Shown piece by piece: positions 40,152-50,228 of a DNA stretch of 64,000 bases. Below the pieces are notes generated by a model. That model did not search any database and was not told the origin of the DNA. It saw nothing but the letters and a program-made list of their open reading frames with translations. The translations under genes and the position numbers were made by a program. Source of the DNA: Thermoprotei archaeon (GTDB lineage: Archaea; Thermoproteota; Thermoprotei; QMSL01; B3-G16); contig JAGGXX010000007.1 in assembly GCA_021162845.1 (NCBI GenBank), positions 11,361 through 75,360 on the forward strand, in the 5' to 3' direction. Position 1 is the stretch's first letter; every line of letters begins with the position of its first letter.

Positions 40152-40388
40152 ATGAAAGTGGTAATTAAGGAGCTTGATAGGCAGGGAAGGCTTGTAATAC
40201 CTAAAAGTTGGAGAGAAAGGTATGCTAGGAGTGGAAAGGTCATCCTGAGGATTAAAGAAGGTTTAATTGAGATCCTCCCCGAGGAGACCTTCGACTTAAC
40301 TAAGTATTTTAATAGCATAGAGCTCGACCTGAAAAGCGACCTCAGCGATTGGCATGACGTCAGGAGGGAGCTCAGAGGTGTCAGTTAG
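40152..40388 (+). CDS. vapB: AbrB/MazE-type antitoxin
   Basis: LD.QGR.VIPK.WR motif; overlaps vapC. Confidence 0.85.
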   Translation: MKVVIKELDRQGRLVIPKSWRERYARSGKVILRIKEGLIEILPEETFDLTKYFNSIELDLKSDLSDWHDVRRELRGVS

Positions 40389-40803
40389 GTTTGTGGATGC
40401 TAATGTATTCCTCTATGCCTATCTAAAGCCTATACGAAGACTCAAGGAGCATGAAGTTAAGCTTAAAGAATCCGCTAAGAAAATAGTCCAAAGAATTAAT
40501 GAGGGAGAGAAGGTTTTAATGACCGTGGTGCATTTTAGCGAAGTAGCCAATATACTAGAGGATATAGCTCCATTAAACGTGGCTTTGGAGATCGAGGAAG
40601 CGATTCTGCTTAAGAAGAACATTATAGTCAAGGGGATAAGCAGGGATGACTACCTAGACGCTATCGATATAGCGAGGAACTATGGAGTAGGCTTGAATGA
40701 CGCACTAGCGTATAGTGTGATGAAGAAACATGAGATCATGGAAATATATTCATTTGACAAAGACTTCGATAAAATACCCGGTATAAAGAGGATAACGCAA
40801 TAA
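40378..40803 (+). CDS. vapC: PIN-domain VapC toxin
   Basis: RFVDANVF, H..EV.N, NDAL, IYSFDKDFD; GTG start at 40378. Confidence 0.92.
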   Translation: MSVRFVDANVFLYAYLKPIRRLKEHEVKLKESAKKIVQRINEGEKVLMTVVHFSEVANILEDIAPLNVALEIEEAILLKKNIIVKGISRDDYLDAIDIARNYGVGLNDALAYSVMKKHEIMEIYSFDKDFDKIPGIKRITQ

Positions 40804-40956
40804 TGAGGTCATCTGCGCATGGTGTCAAGTTTAAACCATCATGAAGATTAATTAAGTTAGACATCTAGAGGCTTCATACCTCTAGCCATGTTAATACTGG
40901 TTCGCAGGGGCTTAAGATCTACTAGTGAAAACAAACGCACTTAAAGGGAACAAAAT

Positions 40957-41181
40957 ATGCCCCTTATCAAGACCGGGAGAAAGAGGGATCCTGAAGGGTA
41001 TTACCTAGCCTTAATCGACAAGGAAGGATCCCGTTTGCTAGGAGCTTATTTAAGGGATTTAGAGGTAAATATTGAGGAATGGGGAGAGTACATAGCCCTT
41101 CGCACTCGCAGCAGAAGCCTGCTTAAGAGGATATTAAGGAAGGCCAAGTCCTTGGGGTTCATAATAGAAGGCGACCTATAG
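40957..41181 (+). CDS. small hypothetical protein
   Basis: 74-aa ORF with protein-like composition (RKRDPEGYYLA). Confidence 0.6.
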   Translation: MPLIKTGRKRDPEGYYLALIDKEGSRLLGAYLRDLEVNIEEWGEYIALRTRSRSLLKRILRKAKSLGFIIEGDL

Positions 41182-41334
41182 GGCTGTTGCTTATAAAAGG
41201 GCCTCCCTCATTCTTCCTCAGTCATGATACCTCATCTTCGATCCAGAGCACAGTTAGATCGCATCGCTAAGCGGAGGAATTATCTGAGCCCTACGTTATC
41301 ATCGTCCAGTCTAGTAGAGCTATGCTGAATTGCC

Positions 41335-41522
41335 GTTTCCTCTCGCCGTATCATTTCATGTATTTTTATCTCATTATGATGCGGGTTCATCGGTTCCGCC
41401 TCTCCCATAGGACTTGCTTATCCCTATGGTGTCATGGGTGGTAGTCGAGGACAACGGCACAGCCCTCCCATCTACACTTAGCCCTGCGGGCTTGGAGCAA
41501 AGCTCCCATCACCCGCGTACCC
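41335..41522 (-). mobile_element. non-autonomous IS200/IS605-derived element (hairpin end + omegaRNA-like 3' region, no tnpB body)
   Basis: Nested hairpin GCGGG..GGAGC-TTT-GCTCC..CCCGC; CCATAGG..CCTATGG stem; one frame reads DGRAVPLSSTTTHD, recalled as a crenarchaeal TnpB C-terminal tail. Confidence 0.5.
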
Positions 41523-41734
41523 ATGAGAATCACTAACATTACATACTATAAGCATAACGCTCGAAACAAAATGATACAAAAGAATACAAAAACTACAGTC
41601 CAATATTTCTGCCCCTTCAGGACAAGGTGCATTCGCGTTCAAAGGTCGAAGGGAAGAACTAACGGGGAATGTTACGTGGCTTTCACGTTAAGAGGTTATT
41701 TATGGATTTATTAATGAAAATATTACACGACTTT

Positions 41735-43120
41735 CTAGAAGCCCATTTTCATGCGTACCTCCTCGTAGGTCCCTCCGCCCTTGATGTATTCCTCTGCAGC
41801 CCTCTTGACCCATTCCTTAGGAGGAAGGCCCGCGGCTGATATGAGTCTCAGTGGGTCAGGCCTATTGCCTAGCTCTTTTTCGAGCCACCTAACCATCTTT
41901 AGCTCCAGCTCATCCACTATATCTTCCTCCTCGTAGACTAGGTTCTTCGTTTCACTGGGATCTTTAACGAGATTATAGAGCTCTAGAGGAGGACATTCCC
42001 AGAAGCCCGGATCTATGGTCTTTATAAGCTTCCATCCATCCTTCGTTATCACGGCTCTCTTAGCGGTCCAGAGTCCCTGATTTGAGTAGACCTCGTCATA
42101 TCCGCTCGCCTCTCCGTTAGCTATGGGCACTAGATCCCTACCCTCGAACTCCTTGGGTATGGGGATCCCGGCTAACTTCAGTATCGTATAAGGTAGATCT
42201 ATTAGCTGAACTAAATCCTTTACCCTTTTTCCCTTGGGGAGCTCGTGATATCTAATTATCAAGGGAACGTGTATGACTGGTTCGTATACAGTAGCGTGAT
42301 CGAAGTACTCTTCATGTTCACCTAAGCTCTCACCGTGGTCCGCGGTTATTATCAAGAGCGTTTCATCGATTATCCCCAGCTCCTCTAGCAATTGAACTAA
42401 TTCGCCGATTTTATCATCCACATACTTTATCTCACCATCGTATTGGGCTTTCACGAATTCTATATCAGTTATCTCCCCAGCGAGGTTATTCGCCTCTCGG
42501 ATCCTATCCAGATGTCTTTTGTAAAAGGGCCATAGAACGCTTTTCTTGAGCCTATCTAGGCTATGATTATTGGGATCAGTGGGATCCTTGCCCCTGTAAA
42601 AGAGATACCTGTATTCTTTGGGAGGGGGCATGTAGATCCCGTGAGGATCCCAGTAGTGAATGAATATGAAGAAGTCCTTATCGGCATTCTGCCTTATCCA
42701 GGGGATCGCCATGGCGTTTATATCGTCCGCATCCACCTGTTGAAGGAGTTGTCTGGGCTTACCCGCATAGGGGTTCATATAGTAGTGAAAGCCCCGGGCG
42801 AACCACCTCCTCATCATGTACAACGTGCTTACCGCGGCGGTTAGGTAACCATGGGATGCCAGGATCTCGGAGAGGTATGGTACGTTTGGGGATAAGTCCT
42901 CCGTGGGGCTATGGGATACTATACCCGTCTTAACGCCCCTTTGGCCCGTAAACATCGACGTGTACGATGGTTGCGTTGGGACATCCGTGGCATACGCTCT
43001 TTCAAAAAGTACGCCCTCCCTAGCTATTTTATCTATATTAGGCGAGGTATTCAGGTCATATCCATAACAGCCTAAATGATCCGCCCTTAAGGTATCTATC
43101 ACTATGAAGACAACCTTCAT
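41735..43120 (-). CDS. sulfatase-like alkaline-phosphatase-superfamily hydrolase (Thr at the nucleophile position)
   Basis: DTLRAD, SPNID, PTQPSY...TG, WDPH, YDGEI, ADHGE, HVPLI, ELY....DP.E..N. Confidence 0.88.
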   Translation of the reverse strand: MKVVFIVIDTLRADHLGCYGYDLNTSPNIDKIAREGVLFERAYATDVPTQPSYTSMFTGQRGVKTGIVSHSPTEDLSPNVPYLSEILASHGYLTAAVSTLYMMRRWFARGFHYYMNPYAGKPRQLLQQVDADDINAMAIPWIRQNADKDFFIFIHYWDPHGIYMPPPKEYRYLFYRGKDPTDPNNHSLDRLKKSVLWPFYKRHLDRIREANNLAGEITDIEFVKAQYDGEIKYVDDKIGELVQLLEELGIIDETLLIITADHGESLGEHEEYFDHATVYEPVIHVPLIIRYHELPKGKRVKDLVQLIDLPYTILKLAGIPIPKEFEGRDLVPIANGEASGYDEVYSNQGLWTAKRAVITKDGWKLIKTIDPGFWECPPLELYNLVKDPSETKNLVYEEEDIVDELELKMVRWLEKELGNRPDPLRLISAAGLPPKEWVKRAAEEYIKGGGTYEEVRMKMGF

Positions 43121-43376
43121 GGTTCCCCCTCATCTATGTACTTTTTATCGTTATTTTAAGCTAATTAGCGAATAATCCGAGATTGGTACCGAAGCATTAA
43201 GTGTTCTGAATGTAATCATAACGATGAGTAAGAGGAAAATCCTAAACATCCTCGGAGTTAGAGGGTTATGTATTGCAGGCACTTAAGACGATTGATCCGT
43301 GGAGTTGAGTAGTCAAGAATTAAGGTTACGCTTAAATAGCGTCCTCCTTTTTTCACATATCAATGGTGGTGTACAT

Positions 43377-43754
43377 ATGACAGCGATCCTATTGCACATG
43401 TACTTCCTTGAACGTTTGATAATCTCAATAGCTTTCCTGATCCCCCTCGTAATAACCTGGTGGGTAGCTCGGAAGTACTCACTCAAAGGAAGATTTAGGT
43501 CGTTGACCTACATACTGCTTGGCTTTTCGATAGGTTTCCTAACTAACATCGCTGGGGGCCTTTTAGGAGCATATATCTATCAGTTGCCCTTACTCCCACT
43601 GCATCTACGTCAAGAAGGCTTCTCCGCTCAACTCATAGCCTATAGATTGTCCCTCTACAGCACGATGTTCAAGGTCGTGTACATAGCCTCATTATTCGTT
43701 TCGCTTTTGCTCATAGGATATGGCATATATAAGCTAATATCATCGATGAGCTAG
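43377..43754 (+). CDS. hypothetical membrane protein (about 3 TM)
   Basis: Hydrophobic ORF; ATG 43377 follows a GGTGGTG RBS. Confidence 0.65.
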   Translation: MTAILLHMYFLERLIISIAFLIPLVITWWVARKYSLKGRFRSLTYILLGFSIGFLTNIAGGLLGAYIYQLPLLPLHLRQEGFSAQLIAYRLSLYSTMFKVVYIASLFVSLLLIGYGIYKLISSMS

Positions 43755-44265
43755 CCCTATTTATGGTAGTGTGGGTGAATATAGTTTAAACCTCTATCCC
43801 CCTGTAGGCCTGTTCATCATAGCCGACAAGGCCTACTTCATCGAGGATCGCTACCGATGCATGAAGACTATCAAAGTACGTTAGGTCATAGCGCTTTCTT
43901 AACTCATAGGCCTTAGCATGATGTAATGGATTAAGCGTCATCATCTTAATCTTATCACTGATTCAATAGGTCATGTAGTTTATGCAAGGATTACAGGTGC
44001 TTCCTGACGATAATTACATTCGCTTTCATTGGAGATTCAGCTCAACTAACGTATATGGCGACAACGCGGTATTAAATTCCGTGATCACCTTACATCTCCT
44101 CGTGATCTACAGTAGCATGAGTACGTCGGTCTCGATTAAGATGAGCCCTTTCTTTTTAATTTCACTTCCTACTAATCATAACATGCATAATTTCCATAGA
44201 GTCCCTAATTGGATTCATGCTAAGCTTAAATACGAAGAGGCCTAAATTAAATTAGGCTGGGTCAT

Positions 44266-44535
44266 ATGTCAGAGATAGAGAAGAAGATTGATGAATGTAT
44301 AGGAGAGCTAAGCCAGTATAGGTATTTTTCAACAGAGGCTGAAGCAGCGATAAGAAGCTTTGAAAAACTTAAGGAGCAGATTAAAAATCTGACAAGAGAA
44401 AACATCGACGAGGTCTTAAGAGGTGTAGAGGAGGGTTATCGGAAGAGCCTAGCCTATGCTAATTTCGTCCCTAAAACTGTGGCAAATTTAAAATTCATCA
44501 AAGAGTGGCTCGAAAAGAAGAAAGAAGAACTATAA
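44266..44535 (+). CDS. hypothetical helical protein
   Basis: 89-aa Glu/Lys-rich ORF followed by a T-rich tract. Confidence 0.7.
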   Translation: MSEIEKKIDECIGELSQYRYFSTEAEAAIRSFEKLKEQIKNLTRENIDEVLRGVEEGYRKSLAYANFVPKTVANLKFIKEWLEKKKEEL

Positions 44536-44842
44536 TGATGAACTTAAAACTAAGTTAACCTTTCATTTTTACACATGGAAATTTTCCTACCGATAGTTAA
44601 CCATAGATATCTCTAGAACTAAGTGCAGGATTACCATCGTCCTTTCCTCACTTTGCTATGACGATAGGCCGCGAGGCCGATATTTTGAGGAATGACTAGG
44701 GAACATTAATAACTTAGGTCATCACCGTAAAGCCTAAGTAAGGCCTTACCCCCTTAATGTCTTGGCTAAGCATTACCTCACGTGATACCTAGGTTCCTTA
44801 TCAGCTCATTAACATATTGCTCAATTTACATCTTAATAAATA

Positions 44843-45508
44843 GTGGTGGTGATGGTCATGAAGGGCATAAAGCCATGGAAGGCTGGCGACGGACCTATAT
44901 CGATATACGTCAATAGGCGGGTGTCTTGGAGAATTACGCAGACCATAGTAAAGCATAATCTCCCGCTAACGCCGAATCGCATGAGCGTGATAAGCGCGTT
45001 GGTAGGATTCCTCGCTGCGCTATCCTACGTCCTGCGGTTGCCGATAGCCGGTGGAGTCCTAGCTCAGCTTTCCTCAATCCTAGATGGTGTCGATGGTGAA
45101 CTGGCCAGGGTTCTCGATATGAAGACTAAAAGTGGGGGCTTCTTGGATACAGTTCTAGATCGTTTCGTGGATTTCGCCATCATAGTCGGCCTTACCTATC
45201 TAGTAGCGAATTCGCACCCCATGCGGTCCTTCGTCTACTTACTAGGCCTCTTGGCACTAAGCGGCACCTTCCTCTGCACCTTCATACATGTAGCCTTCAG
45301 GGCGTATTGTGGTTTGCCACCAACCTTAACTAGGATCCCGCATATAGCCTCCAGGGATATCAGGCTCTTCGTGGTATTCCTCGGTAGCATCTCCGGTTTC
45401 CTCTTCGAAACGTTAGTGATATTGGTCGCGCTCACGTATACTCACGCTATCCTCCGCTTCGTGGACCTCTTCCGTAACTACCGTGAAGTTGAACTTAAAA
45501 AGGGGTAA
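44843..45508 (+). CDS. CDP-alcohol phosphatidyltransferase, di-myo-inositol-phosphate phosphate synthase (DIPPS)-like
   Basis: K..DG.IS...NR..S, TPN, D.VDGELAR.......GG.LD...DR, SRD.R; clustered with IPCT and MIPS. Confidence 0.88.
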   Translation: MVVMVMKGIKPWKAGDGPISIYVNRRVSWRITQTIVKHNLPLTPNRMSVISALVGFLAALSYVLRLPIAGGVLAQLSSILDGVDGELARVLDMKTKSGGFLDTVLDRFVDFAIIVGLTYLVANSHPMRSFVYLLGLLALSGTFLCTFIHVAFRAYCGLPPTLTRIPHIASRDIRLFVVFLGSISGFLFETLVILVALTYTHAILRFVDLFRNYREVELKKG

Positions 45509-45600
45509 GGCCATAATCGATACCCGTTCAGATACTTCATAAAGCTCTGACGAAAAGAGTTTTAGGAGCCTAAAATACTTGTCATATTGGGTGTTTCTTC

Positions 45601-46392
45601 ATGCTTATTAGAGAAGCCATAATACTGGCTGCTGGACTAGGCACCCGGATAGGGAGTCCTATCACGGGTGTACCCAAGCCCTTGGTAAAGGTCTCCGAGA
45701 TCCCGTTAATCCTATATGCCATCTCGTCACTCCTAAGCGCTGGTGTCGAGCGCTTCCACGTCGTCGTTAACACAAAAGGCCATATGCCTATATCGAGGGT
45801 GTTGAACGAATTCGACATTAACGTTGATTTCGTAATAAACAGAGAGCCAGAGCGTGGTAATGGCTATAGCCTAATCTTAGGCATGAAGCGAGTTCAGGAC
45901 GAGTTCTTCCTTTCCATGTCTGATCACATATATGACCCAAGGATCCCAAAGGTGCTATTGAACGCATTTAACAGCAGTGACTTTGACATTTTAGTGGGTG
46001 CGGACTCTAATCCTCGATATGTGGACATAGATGAGGCAACTAAGATAATGACCAGAGGAACGCGTGTGGTGCGAATAGGCAAAGACCTAAGCCGTTATGC
46101 TCACGTCGTGGATATAGGCCTCTTCATAATGAGGCGAGACCTTTACAGGACCTATCTGGACTATGCGTCCCAGAACTATGTGGTGGAGTTATCCAGCCTA
46201 ATACAGTACTCCGTGAATCAAGGGAGAAAGGTAATGATAGCTGATGTACGGGGTCTCCCTTGGATCGATATAGATACCGCTGATGACGTATACAAGGCAA
46301 GGACGACCGCTAGATCCCTAATTGAGCGCGCGGCCAGCATAGTACGTGAGTACATCGGCATACCCCAGGTATATCAGCCTCAGGAACAGTAA
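45601..46392 (+). CDS. NTP-transferase, inositol-1-phosphate cytidylyltransferase (IPCT)-like
   Basis: ILAAGLGTR, PKPL, NREPERGNGYSL, MSDH.Y, EATK, D.GLF, W.D.DT..D. Confidence 0.88.
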   Translation: MLIREAIILAAGLGTRIGSPITGVPKPLVKVSEIPLILYAISSLLSAGVERFHVVVNTKGHMPISRVLNEFDINVDFVINREPERGNGYSLILGMKRVQDEFFLSMSDHIYDPRIPKVLLNAFNSSDFDILVGADSNPRYVDIDEATKIMTRGTRVVRIGKDLSRYAHVVDIGLFIMRRDLYRTYLDYASQNYVVELSSLIQYSVNQGRKVMIADVRGLPWIDIDTADDVYKARTTARSLIERAASIVREYIGIPQVYQPQEQ

Positions 46393-46757
46393 GTGTCTGA
46401 AAACGTAAACCAATTTTACATTGTTGTATAAGAGGATATAGTGTACAAAGGGGCCCAAGTGCCCTAGTAGGACTAAGCCCCAGCAAACCTTAAGGGAATC
46501 CTCTTAGCTGCTATTCAGTGTTTCCGATGGGGCATCCCAATGATGGGAAGTGCGTGATTGCTTACGATGGGGAGTAGATAGGGCTATGGAGGGGTAAGAA
46601 CTCAGTATATAAACCCCTGCGAAAAGCTCATATATCCTTTCCTAAAAATAAAAGTACTGGCCTATCTTGCCTCGCTCCTAATCCCTCAACGCGATACGCT
46701 TCTATATCATAAACGACATCCCACTTGGGTTAATACTCGCTCGGATAGGGTGAGACC

Positions 46758-47930
46758 ATGGTTAGGGTCCTGATATTAGGCCTGGGTATGGTGGGTACAA
46801 CATTCAGCGTGGGTCTAGAGAGGATAAAGAAGGGTGAGATAAAGCCGTATGGTGTACCTTTAGCCGACATAGACCTGGGTATAACCATAAACGATATAGA
46901 GATAGTCGGCGCTCTTGATGTAGATGAGCGGAAAGTGGACTTATCGATATACGACGTGGCGAGGCGCATATACAGCATGGAGAGCGTGCCCGGGACATTA
47001 AAGAAGATCAAGGTTTATCCAGGTCTCGGCGGGGAATTCGTAAAGGACCTCTTCCCGATATACAGGTTCAATGGTGGTCATAGGGATGCAATGGACTTAG
47101 TGTATGGGACGTTCGAAGAGCTAAGGCCAGATGTCATCGTGGATGTGACTACTACCCAGGAAGGCAAGGTATATAATACGTGGGAGGAGTACGAGAAGGA
47201 AGTACTAGCTGGCAGAGCTCCTCCCTCCCAAGTATACGCATATCTCGCACTAAGGTATGCTGAGGAGGTCAGGCCGGTAGCCTATGTAAACCTGATACCG
47301 ACCCCCGTCGCTAATAACCCTGTGATAATCTCCGCTGCTGAACGAGTCAACGCCCTGATATTAGGCGATGACGGGGCAACGGGTGCGACACCGCTCACCG
47401 CAGATATCCTAGAGCACTTAAGGGAGAGGAATAGGAAGGTATACTCAATCGCGCAGTTCAACATAGGTGGGAATACTGACTTCTTAGCTCTGACCGAGGG
47501 AAGGCGTAACAAGGCCAAGGAGGAGACGAAGAGTAGTGTCGTAAAGGATATACTAGGCTATGAAGCGCCTAACTACATAAAACCGACCGGCTACCTAGGG
47601 CCGCTGGGTGATAAGAAGTTCGTGGCAATGCACATAATGTATGAATCCTTCAATGGCGTCGTAGATGAGATAATAGTCAACATGAGGATCAACGATAGTC
47701 CAGCATTAGCTGGTTACATAGTAGACCTAGTTAGACTAGCGAAACTAGCGCTTGATGCCGGAATCTCAGGTACCGTGTACGAGATAAACGCCTTCTTCAT
47801 GAAGCGTCCAGCACCACTAGGATCAAAGAACATAGCTAGGATCCTAGCGTATCATAGATTGATGGAATTCATCGAGGGCACAAGGAATAAGGAATTAGTC
47901 GCAGAGGAAGAGAAGGTACCGGTACAATAG
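46758..47930 (+). CDS. ino1: myo-inositol-1-phosphate synthase
   Basis: G.G.VG, PYGVP, GDDGATGAT, QFNIGGN.DF, KPTGYL.PLGDKKF, RINDSPALAG. Confidence 0.95.
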   Translation: MVRVLILGLGMVGTTFSVGLERIKKGEIKPYGVPLADIDLGITINDIEIVGALDVDERKVDLSIYDVARRIYSMESVPGTLKKIKVYPGLGGEFVKDLFPIYRFNGGHRDAMDLVYGTFEELRPDVIVDVTTTQEGKVYNTWEEYEKEVLAGRAPPSQVYAYLALRYAEEVRPVAYVNLIPTPVANNPVIISAAERVNALILGDDGATGATPLTADILEHLRERNRKVYSIAQFNIGGNTDFLALTEGRRNKAKEETKSSVVKDILGYEAPNYIKPTGYLGPLGDKKFVAMHIMYESFNGVVDEIIVNMRINDSPALAGYIVDLVRLAKLALDAGISGTVYEINAFFMKRPAPLGSKNIARILAYHRLMEFIEGTRNKELVAEEEKVPVQ

Positions 47931-48135
47931 GAGTGAGAGCTTTTCAGCAGTCTTTTTCTCAAATTCGAAATTGTTTTACTTACATAAGTCTCTTCTCATA
48001 ATAGAACTCAATGTGTTACTAAAGATTACGGGCAAGATTTAAACCTCCTCTTCAGCTTTCTTGTTCCCAGAAGATCCGTATTACAAATATAAAGTTAAAT
48101 ATATCGTACAATGTTGTATTACATGGTGTTTGGTA

Positions 48136-48366
48136 TTGAGTATTACGGTCTCATTTCGCATACCAAGGGAGTTAAAGAGAAAGATGGACGAATTACGCGG
48201 GTTAGTCAATTGGAGCGAGGAGATCCGGAGGTTTATTGAGAGGCGTGTGAAGGAATATGAGCAATTAAGGGCGATAGAGGAGCTTGAGGAGATAATAAGA
48301 AGCATCCCCGCGGTGCCTAAGGGAACCGCGACGAGGTATGTGAGGGAGGATCGTGATAGTAATTGA
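48136..48366 (+). CDS. vapB: RHH-type VapB antitoxin
   Basis: TVSFRIP.ELK..MD.....NWSEEIR.FI...VREDRD; start placed at TTG 48136. Confidence 0.88.
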   Translation: MSITVSFRIPRELKRKMDELRGLVNWSEEIRRFIERRVKEYEQLRAIEELEEIIRSIPAVPKGTATRYVREDRDSN

Positions 48367-48766
48367 TGCCTCAGCTCTTACAAAGTACATCTTACATGAG
48401 GAAAATTGGGAAAGAATAGGTGCGTTCATCAGGGAAAGAAGGCCCCTATGCTCTGTAGACCACATCGTGAAAGAAGTCGGTAATGCAGTATGGAGGCATT
48501 ACTCGCTGAGAAGAGCCATAGATAAGGCTAAAGCGATAAAGCTCTATCAAGCACTCATGAAGCTCGTAAACACGGGAGTGATAACCTTAGAGCCCGAGGT
48601 AGACTACGTACAAACGGCGCTACGGATAGCGTTAGAACATGGAATAACGCTCTATGACTCACTATACGTAGCACAGGCGCAGAAGCATGGGGAGCTGCTT
48701 ACAAGTGATAGGAACCAAGCAAAAGTGGCTACTGGGCTAGGGATAAAAACATACCTTATATTATGA
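48353..48766 (+). CDS. vapC: PIN-domain VapC toxin
   Basis: IVIDASA, KE..NA.W, T.YDSLY.A.A, L.T.D..Q. Confidence 0.92.
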   Translation: MIVIDASALTKYILHEENWERIGAFIRERRPLCSVDHIVKEVGNAVWRHYSLRRAIDKAKAIKLYQALMKLVNTGVITLEPEVDYVQTALRIALEHGITLYDSLYVAQAQKHGELLTSDRNQAKVATGLGIKTYLIL

Positions 48767-49489
48767 TATAATACGATGCGCCTAGGATCTTAAGATAGGC
48801 GTGTATTTCATAGCTTCAGTTTCCATCCTCATAAGGGAATTTGGGGAACTGATGGAATTGAAGGTCGTGCTGAGTGAAGCCCTGTTAAGGGCGTTCAAGG
48901 AAAGAGCTAGTGGTTAAGTTAGTCATTAATGATTTTTATCGAACGCATAGATCTACTCCAAAGAGAGGGCTTTAGCATACAAGATCGATCGCGAAGGGAG
49001 ATGCTTTAAGGGCTTGCAAATATAACGGCTCATATGGTATATCATTGAATCGATGATTAAGAGAACCTCTAGCTGATCACTAGCTACTCAACGTATACGC
49101 TCATTAAGAATTTCCTTGCAGGATAAAGTTGAATTTAAATGCAACTCGTACCTACATAGGTTTAAGAGATATGAAGGACATTTTCTAATACCTGAGAGAC
49201 ATGTTATTCTTTTTGTATAAGTTTTCATAATTGAAGAATTCAGGAGAGATGACGAGGTTGTTTATGACTATCCTTTTGTGGTAAGGTTTCACGTTGAAGA
49301 ATTAATAGACATGTAATAATTAAATAAGTCATGAAATATTCTAATTACAGCTTTTGCCTCGTATCCTTATCTGAAAGATATGTCTTTAAAAAGAAAGATT
49401 TATATCATACATATCTCACCTGGTTTCGCGAAGGAAATAATGTAAAATGTGCAAAAATACGTTAAATTTGTCAACCGGTGGGGGATAAG

Positions 49490-49854
49490 TTGAGTAGGCG
49501 GCTATTCTGGGGAGTCGTCATAGCAATAACTCTGGTCGTATTTGCTGGCTCTCTATTCTGGGTCTACAGGTCGAAAATAGCGTCTGAAGTTGAAGGTGGA
49601 GAGGGAAGACGTGGATCAGCGATGTAACGCCGGCTTCCGGCCTTGGGATTGCTCCTCATGGGGTGAAGGGTGATGGTCTATGGAACCATAGGTTGCTTAT
49701 AGCAGTCTCCCGTAACGGTCTTAACTGGAGTAAAACCTACAAGGTTCTGGCCGGTCAAGCCTCTGTCCCAGACGTTATAGTCGACAAGGATGGTTACGTC
49801 AGGTATAGGGTAGAGAGCTATAAGCTTACCCCTCACTTACGTTTTTTATTTTAA
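49490..49854 (+). pseudogene. remnant of a membrane-anchored protein with BNR/Asp-box-like (sialidase-type) segment
   Basis: TM segment (LFWGVVIAITLVVFAGSLFW) ends in a stop; downstream fragment HRLLIAVSRNGLNW...QASVPDVIVDKDG is truncated. Confidence 0.5.
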
Positions 49855-49879
49855 TAAGCTACAAGAGTCATTATATCAT

Positions 49880-50175
49880 TTATTAGCAGTCTTGTTAAGA
49901 AGTCTAGTGGCAAAGGTGTAGTTGTTTGAGTAGTGACTCAGTTCTTACTGCAACTCTAGCTGTTAAGGCTTTAGATAAGGATAGGGTTAAAGCTGTTTAC
50001 TTATCCGGAAGTGCAAGTAATAAGGAGTCTCATGAACTATCTAAAGCTACTGTTGAGTTCTTAGGTTTAAACTTCATATATTTGGACATAACTAATACCT
50101 GAAGTAACTGGTGTACCTAAAGTGTTGTTGATTAGGTCTTAGGACTACATAGGAAATCTGAACATAAGAGAAATT
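49880..50175 (+). pseudogene. nadE: NAD+ synthetase N-terminal remnant
   Basis: Manual translation ..KSSGKGVVV/(fs)SSDSVLTATLAVKALDKDRVKAVY...LGLNF...DIT; SGG motif lost, frameshifts present. Confidence 0.6.
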
Positions 50176-50228
50176 CTCTTAAAGTGCCCTTTAGATCATT
50201 TAAGGAGTTGCTTTAACGTTAAAACAAT

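Noticed and set aside
41335-41522. SRP RNA, RNase P RNA or tRNA as the identity of the structured element
   Set aside because: It lacks the SRP helix-8 motif, the RNase P GAGGAAAGTCC-type core and any cloverleaf/T-loop; it is also too short for SRP or RNase P RNA.
43982-44245. 87-aa ORF, and similar ORFs at 15921-16172, 41523-41714 and 52859-53209
   Set aside because: No RBS or recognisable motif and atypical composition; likely spurious or unrecognisable debris.
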